A stretch of DNA of 64,000 nt from a virus. This document shows positions 46,681 through 57,900 of this stretch, piece by piece. Below the pieces are notes generated by a model. The model was not told the DNA's origin. It saw nothing but the letters and a program-made list of their open reading frames with translations, and made no database searches. The stretch covers positions 1 to 64,000 of the IMG/VR virus record IMGVR_UViG_3300046692_000072; one strand, written 5' to 3'. Position 1 is the stretch's first letter. Each line of letters begins with the position of its first letter. The position numbers and the translations under genes were made by a program.

Positions 46681-47640
46681 GTGAAGAAACTTGTGTATGA
46701 ATGCCTAGAGGCATTGAAACCCCTTGCTGATCTTGCATTAGCTCATAAGGATTACTGGGGAAATCCTGCTCTGCTTATCCTGGCTCATGACCAGGAAACA
46801 GGCTCGGCAATCACCTTGAGGGATTGTCAGATCGCTCACCATACAAGGATCGAGCTCAAGCTCAGACTGGAAAGGTATGACAGTCCATGAAAATCACAGT
46901 TGAAATCACCATTGATGATGCTGTCATTGAACATCAGTCAATTGCTGAGAAGCAAGCGAATCGTGTGATCCAGAGACTGGATCAGATGTTCGAATTCGAA
47001 TTCAGAACAGAAACGAGCATCGAAGTTAACTGGGAATTCCAGAAATTCTCAGGCTCGATGACCAATGAAAGGAATCCCTCGTGACAGGGCACGACGACAT
47101 CAAAGCAACTGAACGATGGTTGGATCTCCGTAAGCGTCTTGCCATTAAATATCTCGACTCATTGCAAGTTATTATAGTTGGGATGGAAGCAGGAGAACAG
47201 ATGGATATCACCACTTTCAGGGTGATGAAGGACATGACTGAGTACTGTGACAAAGTATTCCTCACAACAAAGGAACCAAACTGATGGGTGGTAAGAAACT
47301 CCCTATCCCTCGTTATCGTATCGGGGGACCAATTGAGATTGCACTTACCCTCAGCGGCGGAACATCTTGGATCCAAGGAACTCTGGTTCAGATGTCTCCT
47401 CAGTTGAAGGTAGATGTGTTGGGTGTCATCCATACTATTGGTGACAGCTTCACATTCCATCGTCCTGCTCCTAATGCAAAGTCCAGTGTTCCTCAGGATC
47501 TGGATCCAGAGATAGCAGCACCACTATATAAAGCTGCTCTGGTGAACATCCTCAAGGAAACAAACACGAAGCAACCCAATGCCACTGTGCAACGTGTTAT
47601 TCACATTGTGAAAGAAGCACTGGGAGAGCTGGACTCATGA
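46681..47640 (+). CDS. four coupled hypothetical ORFs (46681-46890, 46887-47084, 47081-47284, 47284-47640)
   Basis: overlapping stop/start codons and RBSs. Confidence 0.55.
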
Positions 47641-47776
47641 CCATCACCAAAGATGATGTAATGAACCACCTGAGGAATACCCTCAGGGATGCCCGTGCAC
47701 TCAGAGATCATATCGATGAGAACATTCGATACCTCTCTGATGAGATCGCATCAGTCAAACGCAAGGAATATGACGA

Positions 47777-48307
47777 GTGGAAGAAGGCAAATTCTACGCA
47801 GGAGTAGGCTCTCAGCTTACTCCTTTAGACGTATGCATAACGATGACATCTATCGCAAGCGTATTGCGGTCGATAGGCTGGCACCTCCGATCAGGGGGAG
47901 CCAAGAGGGCAGACCAAGCATTCGCAGATGGTGCCGGTGTCGAGAAGACAGAATTCCTGCCTTGGCATCGCTTCGAAGGAAGGGATGGTATCGTCCCTCA
48001 CCATACCAGGGAGCTCTATGATCTCGCTGGTACCTATTGGGATATGCGTCCTGACATGCATCCTTGGTACATGCTCAAGGATACCACCAAGTTATTCATG
48101 ATGCGTAACGTCTGTCAGATGCTCGGAGAGGATCTCAAGACACCAAGCAAAGCTGTCGTATGCTGGACCCAAGGAGGTGCAGTAGTAGGCGGTACAGGTA
48201 TGGCTCTAACCATCGCTCTGCATCATGAGATACCAATCTTCAATCTGGCTCTGCCAAATACAATGGAAAGAATGGAGGAATTCTTTAATGGGGACAGTCA
48301 GAATTAA
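47777..48307 (+). CDS. DprA/SLOG-family nucleotide-binding protein
   Basis: YAGVGS..TP, LRSGGA..AD.AF, RN..Q.LG, GGTGMA..IA....IPIFNL. Confidence 0.8.
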   Translation: MEEGKFYAGVGSQLTPLDVCITMTSIASVLRSIGWHLRSGGAKRADQAFADGAGVEKTEFLPWHRFEGRDGIVPHHTRELYDLAGTYWDMRPDMHPWYMLKDTTKLFMMRNVCQMLGEDLKTPSKAVVCWTQGGAVVGGTGMALTIALHHEIPIFNLALPNTMERMEEFFNGDSQN

Positions 48308-48694
48308 GTTCAGCAATCGAAGCGCTACACCCAAGGAAATCGAGTTCGATATCTCCAAAGAAGCTGTTGAACCAATGATGTCTTGGTATGGGGCTTACCA
48401 TGCTGGAGATAGATACAGTGTCTCTATCGACGGTAAGAAAGTCAAAAAGGATATCAACGGTGAGTTAATACCATGATCATCTTTGAATATGACAAAACAG
48501 AACTTCCTAACGGATTCTATGTAGTTGAGTTCTCAGGCAATAGATCTATTGCTGAATACACACAAAACTACTGGAACCAACCAGGAGCTGACTATGATCG
48601 TTGGCAATTTGAATATCAAACTCCTATGCCTAGGATAGTTGTTATTGCCAGAATCGATCCCGATACTCTAACCATCACAGAGGTAAACGAGTGA
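48288..48694 (+). CDS. two coupled hypothetical ORFs (48288-48476, 48473-48694)
   Basis: GGAGG RBS, ATGA overlap. Confidence 0.55.
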
Positions 48695-48767
48695 TTACAA
48701 AATACAGTAAATACTGGACTTGTCCTTACTGTAAACACCTCAATTACAATTGTAACAAATGTGAAAA

Positions 48768-49160
48768 TTGTGGGAAAACCTAATGATCTTCGTCTTTGGA
48801 TCTAATGAAGCAGGCTACCACGGAGCTGGTGCTGCTAAGTATGCATTCTGGCATCATGGTGCCAAGATGCATCAAGGAACAGGACTGGCAGGCAATAGCT
48901 ATGCCATTCCTACGAAAGACAAAATGATCAAGACTCTCCCTCTCAAGGAGATCAAGCAGTACGTCGATAGCTTTATCGACTACGCTACGGTCTACAATGA
49001 GGAGAGCTTCCAGGTCACCAGAATAGGCTGCGGACTAGCAGGATACAAGGATGAGGACATAGCTCCTCTCTTCCTTGGTTCCCCTAGTAACTGCCAATTC
49101 GACAATGCTTGGAAAGCATTCCTCGGAGAGGAATACAAGTACTGGGGAACAATTAAATGA
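48768..49160 (+). CDS. macrodomain-like protein (IFVFGSN..G.HGAGAA family)
   Basis: IFVFGSNEAGYHGAGAA, SYAIPTK, FQVTRIGCGLAG; true start may be MIFVF. Confidence 0.8.
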   Translation: MWENLMIFVFGSNEAGYHGAGAAKYAFWHHGAKMHQGTGLAGNSYAIPTKDKMIKTLPLKEIKQYVDSFIDYATVYNEESFQVTRIGCGLAGYKDEDIAPLFLGSPSNCQFDNAWKAFLGEEYKYWGTIK

Positions 49161-49375
49161 TCAGTGAACAAGAGCAACCCAATATCGTAATTGGTATTGG
49201 CATCACCATTGGTGAAGGCATGGAACTGTTTATTGATAACAAGGACGAAAGTCTTTGGCTTCACAAGATCAATACAGATCCCAACACAGCAACACGTATC
49301 TGCTCAAACTTCTTGAGCAGGTATAAGGATATAGTTGAAAGTCTACGACGATTATCGAACCACGCTAAAGATTGA
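49157..49375 (+). CDS. hypothetical protein
   Basis: ATGA overlap. Confidence 0.55.
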   Translation: MISEQEQPNIVIGIGITIGEGMELFIDNKDESLWLHKINTDPNTATRICSNFLSRYKDIVESLRRLSNHAKD

Positions 49376-49428
49376 ACCAGGACCAGGAGGAAACTCTTGG
49401 TTCTTTCACATTAATGGGGAGACTACAA

Positions 49429-49971
49429 ATGGCATCTTATGGATGGGTTAAAGTTGTAATCACAACTGAGAACCGTGACCGTGCAGGGGGTCATCACACA
49501 TCGGATGGTTACATCGGTGCTTGTAATTCCAACAACATGAAGGCTTGCAGGAAGAAAGCTAACCGTAAGAAGCAGCGTCGTCAGCTCAAGCAGCTAGAGC
49601 GTGAAGCTGAGAGCTTTCATTACTGGGATATGCACGAAACTCACCTTGAACTGCGTAAGCGTGAAGAGGAAGAGTGGGCAGAAGAACTGGATCAGTTCTA
49701 CCAAGAAGACGACTACGATGATTCTGACCTACGGAATCATTGTGACGACTGGGCGTCTGATTACTTGGATGACTGGTCATCGGACTATGATTCTCGTGAC
49801 TTCGAAGACGACTACAATTCGGACTTCGATAATGAGGAGATATATTCAGTAGGTTACTTATCTCGTCAAGGGATAACCCGACTCGACATGAATGCACGCA
49901 TCATCAGTGAAGACGATGCAGGTAAATCCCTTGGAGACCTGCTCCAGGAAGCACTACAAAGAAGGGCATAA
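49429..49971 (+). CDS. protein with basic N-half and very acidic C-half
   Basis: GGAG RBS; K/R-rich helix, then D/E/Y/W-rich tract. Confidence 0.7.
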   Translation: MASYGWVKVVITTENRDRAGGHHTSDGYIGACNSNNMKACRKKANRKKQRRQLKQLEREAESFHYWDMHETHLELRKREEEEWAEELDQFYQEDDYDDSDLRNHCDDWASDYLDDWSSDYDSRDFEDDYNSDFDNEEIYSVGYLSRQGITRLDMNARIISEDDAGKSLGDLLQEALQRRA

Positions 49972-49975
49972 GGCA

Positions 49976-50782
49976 ATGGATTACATCGGATATCAAATCG
50001 ACCTGGAGAAGTTGTTCAGTAAGAATCAACTTATACCGCGTATCAAGAAGGAGTTCGAAGCAGAGCCAGCACTGATGGCTCACATGCTTGAAAACAACAT
50101 CCTTCCAGGATTTGGTTTCGATCTCCTTACCCAACTGGTTCTACATAAACGTATGAATGTACGAACAGCAGTTGGTATTCTACGTCGTCATTTTGAGAAT
50201 TCTCAGATGACAATGGAAGAATTGAAGAAGTGTGCTGAACACGACCTCTGTGATTGGTCACCTGTCACAGAGGAATTCATCATTAAGATAGATGTCACTC
50301 AAGATGTGAAAGACGATCTTGAGAGATACCAGTATCCATTACCAATGGTAGTGGAACCAAAGGTGGTAAGGAACAATGCTCAGTCAGGGTATCTTACCAT
50401 TCAGTCATCAGTGATCTTGAAGAACAATCATCACGACGACGATGTATGTCTGGATCACATCAACAGAGTGAATAAGATCAAGTTCAGGATCAACCACGAT
50501 GTCGCTACGCAGATACATAACACTTGGTCATCCCTTGATAAGCCAAAGGATGGTGAAACCATTCAATCCTTCAAGATGCGTCAAGCTCAGTTCAAGAAAT
50601 ATGATGAGAGCTGCAAAGATATCTTTGTTCATGCGGAGATCGCTGGAGGCGTATTTCACCTCACACATAAGTACGACAAGCGAGGACGTGTCTACTCCCA
50701 GGGGTACCACGTTAATTACCAAGGAAACACTTGGAATAAAGCGACTATCGAATTTGCTGAAGGAGAGATGATCGATGGATGA
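49976..50782 (+). CDS. RNA polymerase II subunit 1 (N4 gp15)
   Basis: YPLPMVVEP, HKYDKRGRVYSQGYHVNYQG (DxRGR motif). Confidence 0.92.
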   Translation: MDYIGYQIDLEKLFSKNQLIPRIKKEFEAEPALMAHMLENNILPGFGFDLLTQLVLHKRMNVRTAVGILRRHFENSQMTMEELKKCAEHDLCDWSPVTEEFIIKIDVTQDVKDDLERYQYPLPMVVEPKVVRNNAQSGYLTIQSSVILKNNHHDDDVCLDHINRVNKIKFRINHDVATQIHNTWSSLDKPKDGETIQSFKMRQAQFKKYDESCKDIFVHAEIAGGVFHLTHKYDKRGRVYSQGYHVNYQGNTWNKATIEFAEGEMIDG

Positions 50783-50914
50783 GGATGATATGGCTCATGC
50801 ACTATGCTTTGAACTTAACAAGGAACCTTGGAAAGCTGAAATGTACATTGGTAATCAGTTCTACCTCACTAATGAAGATGGTGAAAAGTTCCTGGTTACC
50901 GTGGAAAAAGAAGA

Positions 50915-53184
50915 TGATGACTCATCGATATAAAGTCGGTGATAAGGTCATTTTTACCAATGACTTTGGTGTCTGCTGGGGTGTGAAGACAATCACAGCT
51001 CTAGCTCTTAGACCCACCACACGAGACGATGCAGGACCACAGAGGCCCTGCTACCATTACGAAGGTAGTGACACCCCTTGGTTCCCTACCTATGAAAGAA
51101 ACCTGTCTCTTGCTACTGAGGAGGATCTTAAAGCTTCTGCTGAAGATCTTCAAAAGAAGTATGGATTCATCCCAACCATCGAACAGCTAGGGGGCTGTTA
51201 CTGAAAGGACTAAATTATGAGAGCCCGTAAGGGGGACTATGTTGAGTGCTTGGTTAATGACTACTCTTACTACAGCAAGGGTAGCAAAGCCTTAGTACAA
51301 GATGTTGGAAAGCAGGATTCCACAGGTAATCCTCTTATCAAGCTGTATAACCCAATGAGTCCATTGGGTTATTCGTGGTATCTAGCCAAGGGATTTAAAC
51401 ACCTTGCTCACTATGGAAACAACGAGGAGCCTACGAAAATGGCATACGAAAAGACGAAGTACTTCGCAGCAGTAATTAATGAGGAAGCTTCTACACCCAC
51501 CTTCCTGGTAACAGATGGTGAGAGCGTAGGTCCCATGCGGGATACCAAGTCAGAAGCATTGAAAGATGCTGAGATTCGTATCCGTGGTGAAGATGCTGGT
51601 AAGAAGCTTATCATCCTTCAGATCATTGCATTGGTTCAGGAGGAAGATCCTCGTCCGCCCATCAAGATCACAGAGTATCGGTGATGGAACCAAAGGAGAT
51701 CGATGTTGAGGGCTTCATCAGGGAGTGTCAGAATGATCTCCCTACTCCTATTATCAATCATGATAAGGAGCAGATGTTCGTAGCTATAGACTACGGTACG
51801 TTAGAGTACACAGTAATGGTTCATTACCTTCAGACACCTGAGGGTCTGACCATACTGAAGAGTCTCAAAATAGGGGAACAAGATATTACTATTGACACCC
51901 TGTACCCTTCTGATGTCAGATCATCTGGAATTGATATGTATATCGATACCAAATGCTTTGAAAAGAGTGTCAAAACAGGGTCTGAAAATCACGATCAATT
52001 CGGCAACTATCGTTACGACTTCGGACGTAACGAGCATTCTCGCTCTCCTCGGAAGAGAAAATGATATGTCTGACATACCTGAGTTTGAGACCGATCACTC
52101 CCTTGAGGATGATAGGGACGAATACACCTGCATTAAACTAAGCCCACTATGGTCCCTCATGGTTCATCCAGAAGGGGACCTGGGACTCAGGTATCAACCG
52201 GATCCAAACGATCCAGATGCAAAAGAATACACAGTAGATATAGGTTTTACAGAATTGTCTGCACAGGGCATTAACCAGATCCTCTCAGTCATGAAGACTG
52301 GAGGTGAATCGAGCGTAATCCACTAATAAGGAGAACCAAGTGGAAACGAAGAAGGTCACTAAAGAAGGTACAGATCTTGTGGACTTTATCCTTGGACTGG
52401 TAGTCGATATCGATGATATTCGACTTGCCAAGGCTTACGAAGCCCTTACAGGACATACCTGTAGGCGCATAGGCAATGACATATTCGAGATTACCTCCAA
52501 TGTCGAAGAGAAGCCAGTTTGACAAGAAGCTTGAAGAATACGAGCAGAAGCTAACCCAAAAGGATAGTAATCCAGATGAGCTAGTCAAAGCTCGTAACAA
52601 GCTAATCGCCTACCACTACCATAACGTGGAACGATCCAGAGGAACCAAAGTGAAGAGAGCCTAGTGGCTCTCTTTTTTCATATGGAGATATGACATGCCA
52701 AAAGGAACACTTAAAGGCTTCAAATCAGATGTTCTGATGAGGAAGATTGATAAGGTCATCAAAGCTGCTGAAGCACATGCCTTCAAAGGAACTCATTCTG
52801 AGTACCCTGGTGAAGTTGCGAAAATAGAATACAATCTTCGTAAAGCTCGTTTGGACCTCGTTACTTATGTAATCGAACATGTCTGTTGAAGAAGCAATAC
52901 TAAAACTCTTCAAGAAAGCAAGAACCAAGAGGCTTAGGCATCTTAAGAGAGAGCTTTATAAAGCTGAACACGTCCGTTACTACATCCAATTTCAATGGAG
53001 AAATCCAAATGGATGTCAAGGAGACCCTCGTGATTTTAGATCTTGGAGGGTCTTTGCAGCTATGCCTATCCTCTTCCATACAAGAGAGGAGGCATGGGAA
53101 TTCATACGTGAAGTTCCAGACATATTCGCTGACTATAGAGGGTGCCGTAAAGTATCCTGTAGTGTGGAACATACAAGAATCTAG
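50915..53184 (+). CDS. run of small hypothetical ORFs between the RNAP II subunits (~50915-51204, 51217-51684, 51684-52064, ~52066-52326, 52340-52522, 52695-52889, 52879-53184)
   Basis: tight packing with RBSs; no function recognised. Confidence 0.55.
52653..52678 (+). terminator. intrinsic terminator
   Basis: AAGAGAGC-CTAGTG-GCTCTCTT-TTTT. Confidence 0.7.
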
Positions 53185-53194
53185 GAGAAATGCT

Positions 53195-53473
53195 TTGGAA
53201 TCTAAGAACTATAATACCATGACTTCCGAGATGAGACGACTCATCAGGAAAGCATACGAAGAAGATCAAGGTGGTATCTGCTACCACTGCAAAGAAGTCC
53301 TTACTGGTCCACCCAGTAAAGAGATCCAGAACAAGGTAATCAATAAGAATCTATTCCCGAATGGATTCTTCAATAACCCTGTTCATCTTCACCACAACCA
53401 CAATACAGGCATGACCATCGGAGCAGTACATTGCAAATGTAATGCTGTCCTATGGCAATATCACGGAGAGTGA
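53195..53473 (+). CDS. endonuclease VII/HNH-like zinc-binding protein
   Basis: Q.GICYHC...HLHHNHNTGMTIGAVHCKCN; TTG start after AGGAG. Confidence 0.7.
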   Translation: MESKNYNTMTSEMRRLIRKAYEEDQGGICYHCKEVLTGPPSKEIQNKVINKNLFPNGFFNNPVHLHHNHNTGMTIGAVHCKCNAVLWQYHGE

Positions 53474-53661
53474 AATGACTGTAGCTGAACTCATTGAGGA
53501 GCTTAAGAAGCTCCCTCAGGATGCAATAGTCCTCCAGTACGGTGGTGACGAGTTCTATCACATAGCTGAAGGTGTAGAGCTTCAGAAAACAAATAGAGAT
53601 ATCGACTGGGATGGGAAAGTAACAGGCCCATTTGTCACCCTATTCTAACAGGAGAAATACC

Positions 53662-54870
53662 ATGCAACTCTTCAGCGGTGTCGAGTACTTGCAGATTGAT
53701 ATTGCCAACAACTTCGGACTCGACAAAAAGGATTGGGACATTCGTCTCAACTGGTTCAAGGACAATGAAGATAAACTTCTCTCACTGGTTCAGCAAGCTG
53801 AAGAGCCCGCATTGTATTATGCTGGCGTCAAAGCCTGGAATGACCATCTTGCAGGAAAGAATTGTCACTATCCGATCTCACTCGACGCAACCTCGTCTGG
53901 ACTACAAATCTTGGCTTGCCTCACAGGCGATAGGAAAGCGTCTCAGATATGCAACGTGGTTGATACCGGAAAGCGAGAAGACGCTTATACGGCGATCTAT
54001 GAGGCGATGCTCTCCTGCACAGGAGGCGAAAACAAGATCGAGCGTAAGCAGACCAAGCAGGCGGTAATGACCTCGCTCTACGGGTCAGAAGCTGTGCCTA
54101 AGTCTGTGTTTGGTGAGGGAGCTCTCTTAGCTCTCTTTGAACAAACCATGGACGATCAAGCCCCTGGTGCATGGGAACTTAACAAGCAGATGCTTGCTCT
54201 GTGGAATCCAGAAGCCTATGATTATCATTGGGTTATGCCTGATAACTTCAATGTTCACATTAAGGTTATGCAGATGACTTCTGAAAATGTCCATTTCCTG
54301 GACAAGCCTTATGAAGTCAGCTATGCCGTCAATGCTCCTATGGAGCGAGGTCGGTCTCTCGGTGCTAACATGACGCATTCCATTGATGGAATGATCGTGC
54401 GAGAGATGACACGTCGCTGCATGTACAACCTCGAAAAGGTTCTATACATCAGAGACATCCTCTGCGATCCCTCAACCAAAACCTTCACACATGGAGCCAA
54501 GGATGAGAATGCGAAAATGGTCATGGCGCTTTGGAGTCACTATCAGGCGTCTGGGTTCCTTAGTGCTAGGATCCTTGACCATCTTACTCTGGATACTATT
54601 CCTCTTGTCGATAGGATGGTTATTCTGGACCTTATTCAATCACTTCCTCGGAGACCCTTTCAGGTCATCGCGGTACATGATTGTTTCAGATGCCTACCTA
54701 ACTACGGAAATGATCTCAGAAAACAGTACAATATACTGCTCTCTGGAATCGCCAAATCCCGACTACTCTCCCACCTGCTTACGCAGATCACCGGGAGAAA
54801 GATGGAAGTTGGCAAGCTCGACCATGGGCTCTGGGTTGATGTGCTCAATACCAACTACGCCCTCTCCTAA
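53662..54870 (+). CDS. RNA polymerase II subunit 2 (N4 gp16)
   Basis: motif A LDATSSGLQ, motif B RKQTKQAVMTSLYGS, motif C VHDCF. Confidence 0.94.
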   Translation: MQLFSGVEYLQIDIANNFGLDKKDWDIRLNWFKDNEDKLLSLVQQAEEPALYYAGVKAWNDHLAGKNCHYPISLDATSSGLQILACLTGDRKASQICNVVDTGKREDAYTAIYEAMLSCTGGENKIERKQTKQAVMTSLYGSEAVPKSVFGEGALLALFEQTMDDQAPGAWELNKQMLALWNPEAYDYHWVMPDNFNVHIKVMQMTSENVHFLDKPYEVSYAVNAPMERGRSLGANMTHSIDGMIVREMTRRCMYNLEKVLYIRDILCDPSTKTFTHGAKDENAKMVMALWSHYQASGFLSARILDHLTLDTIPLVDRMVILDLIQSLPRRPFQVIAVHDCFRCLPNYGNDLRKQYNILLSGIAKSRLLSHLLTQITGRKMEVGKLDHGLWVDVLNTNYALS

Positions 54871-54896
54871 ACAGTGCTAACTCAGTGCTTACACAG

Positions 54897-54928
54897 TAAC
54901 CCCTCCCTAGCGGAGGGGTTATTTTTTT
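54897..54928 (+). terminator. intrinsic terminator
   Basis: TAACCCCTCC-CTAGC-GGAGGGGTTA-TTTTTTT. Confidence 0.8.
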
Positions 54929-54970
54929 GTTATAGACCACCTAGTTAAACCACCTAGCTAGGAAGAACTA

Positions 54971-57900
54971 ATGAGCATTTTGAGAGTATTTTATAATCCT
55001 GGAACCAAGAGTGTGAGGATTAGGGAACAAGGTCTTGCTGATCTTGCTGCTCCATATGTACTCGCGGGATCTTTCGAACATGGTGGTAGCAATGATCCAG
55101 AAGGCTGGGATCATAACCACGTCATGTATCACCATGTCAGAGATGCTCTGTACAAGGTTGGTGTTCAGGACATGAACTCGGTCCATATTCTGTCCATTCT
55201 CTATGTTGGACAGAAGGCTATCACCTATAGTGATAGTGGTGAGATCGCTGAGAACACTCCTGTTGGTACTATTGTATCGACACTCTCTGTCCTCAATGGC
55301 TCTGGATCCTACATCTTCACAGAACTGTCAGATACTGATGGCAAGTTCGTAATTGAAGGTTCCAACATCAAGCTTGCTGCTGCATTGGATTATGAGACTA
55401 AGACTTCTCATACTATCGATGTGCAGGCTGATGGTGTCGGTGGTCCTCTTACTCGTTCGCATGTATTTAACGTAAGCAACGAGAATGACCCAATTATCAA
55501 CATCTCTGCTGTCAACATTGTTGAGTCTGCCACTGTAGGTACTACGGTAGGCGTTCTCTCTATTACCAATGGTTCAGGTTCTTATACCTTCACCAAGATT
55601 GCTGACCCAGATAGCAAGTTCGTTATCTCTGGTAACAACCTCAATCTGGCTGCTGCTATCGACTATGAGACCAAAGCTTTCCACAGCGTCACTGTTCAAG
55701 CTGCTGGTACTGGTGGACCGGTCACGAGAACGATCAACATCAACGTCAGCAATGCTGTTGAAGGTACGCTTGCACCTACGACTGCCTCTATCACTGATGA
55801 GATTGCTGATGGCGCTACCGTCTTTACCGTTACCGGTTTTGACGTTGGAGCCAATGAGGTAATCTCCAGCATTTCGCCAAATGATGGTCGATTCGCTATT
55901 GCCTCTGGTAACAGGATCGTCAAGGGTCTCAGCGCTGTGTCGGCAGGTACTGTAGCTCTTACGCTTACGATGTCTACTGGTCGTACCCTTACGAACAACA
56001 TCACCATCACGACTACCTCGCTCCCTGACTACACTTTCCAAGCAGAAACCGATGCACTTCAAGTGTCTCGTACTGCTGCTGGTATCCCCATGACTCGTCG
56101 TCAGAAGCTTGCTTTTGACCGTATGGTGGTACGTGTTAAGGCTGCTGGTGTTAGCGTTGCTGATTGGGCTGCTCTTTATGTCCCATCTACACCTACGGAA
56201 GTACAAGCTCGTGTTAACCAGATTCACCCTGGAACCAACGATCTGGTACCCGTAACTACCGTTCCCACTTACACTGCCAACGATAAGTGGAGTGCTTTCG
56301 GTACGCCTAAATACAATACCGGTATTGGTCTCCAGAGCTTTGCTCAGGGGCAGTTCACCATCTTCTTCTACTCACGCACCACTGCGGGTGCCTCGGGTGG
56401 TGACTTTGGTGCTCAGACCGCTGGTGGTGATGGTATTGCTGCTAACACCCGTGACGCTTCGAACAAGTTCAATGCCCGTCTTCAGGGTACAAACTATGCA
56501 TCAGTAGGTACTACCTTCACCCCTGGTCAGGGTATGTACTCCATCCGTCCTAACAAGCTGGATACCTTTGGTATCAAGCGTGAAGACACCTCCACTACCT
56601 ATGTTGCTCCAGCAACCAATCCAACAATCCACCTTGGTGGTATTAATGGTGGTGCCTCAGCAGGCAAGGATTGCGGTCTCTTTGCAATCTTCAAGGTCAC
56701 CTTGACTGATGCTCAGAATCGGGAAGTCAGTGCTGCTCTGCTCGACTACTACTACAAAGTTCGCTTTGGTATGGTCGATTACTACGAAGCTGGTAAAGCC
56801 CCAACCACTGCCGATTACGATGTCGTGGTCTATGGTGCTAGCTGGACTGCTGTCTGTGCTGCTTATGCTGCCAAGCAGGAAGGCAAGAGCGTCTGCATCG
56901 TCTGTGATGAGCACGCTAAGACGGACTGGGATATCGGTGGTATGCCTGCATCCGGTCTTGCCTATGTGGACTGCTACAACTACACGGCAATGAAGGGTCT
57001 CTATCGAGATCTGACCCAGTGGGTAAACACCACGATCATCAACCGTGCAGATACGAACAACCAAGCAGGTAACTCTGTTGAAAGCTGGCAGTTCTGCCAA
57101 GCTGTTCGTCGTATGCTAGATCCAGCACGAACCAATGGTACTCTGATCTTTGGTCAGGATATCCCTGTCTACTTCTCTACCGGTATTCAGTCCATTACCT
57201 CGGTAGGTACGAAAGACACTGCTCTCCATACTAAGGATGGCAGAACCTTTACCGGTAAGGTCTTTGTATCCGCTGACTATGATGGCGAATACAACCACAT
57301 GTCCACTGGTATTCCTACCATCACTGGTATCGAAGCTGCTGGATCTGGTTCTGAAGCCAACAACGGTTACAAGGGCTCCGGCTCCATGAGCAAGCCCTAT
57401 GGTTCAGACATCAGCCCTTACATCACTGAAGGTAACTCTGGATCTGGTCTTCTCCCTGATATTCAGGGTGAAATGCCTCTTCCTGGTTTGACCATTGGTA
57501 ATGCCATCACTGCTCTTGAGAGCATGAACTATCGTCTCGCCATGACGACTGATCCTGCTCGTGTGGTTCCAGTTACCACTATGGATCCACATCGTAACTA
57601 TAATGCTCTACGTTATGAGACTGCCGGTCGTGCCTATGTCCTCAATCCAAGTGCACAGATTAGCAACCTGTCCGGTACCCAAACTCTGCTGCAATTTGCA
57701 GTCGGTGGCACATCGAACAAGATCGATGTGAACAACGGTTCGGGCGGTCTGTCTACTGACCTTCCTGGTTCTGGTTATCGTTATGCCACGGCAGCGGATT
57801 CTGCTGCTCGTAAGGCAGTTATCGATGACCTCCGGGATTATCAGCTTGGTTGGTTCTGGTGGCACAACAACTCGGGGGATTCTCGTATTCCTTCCTCGTT

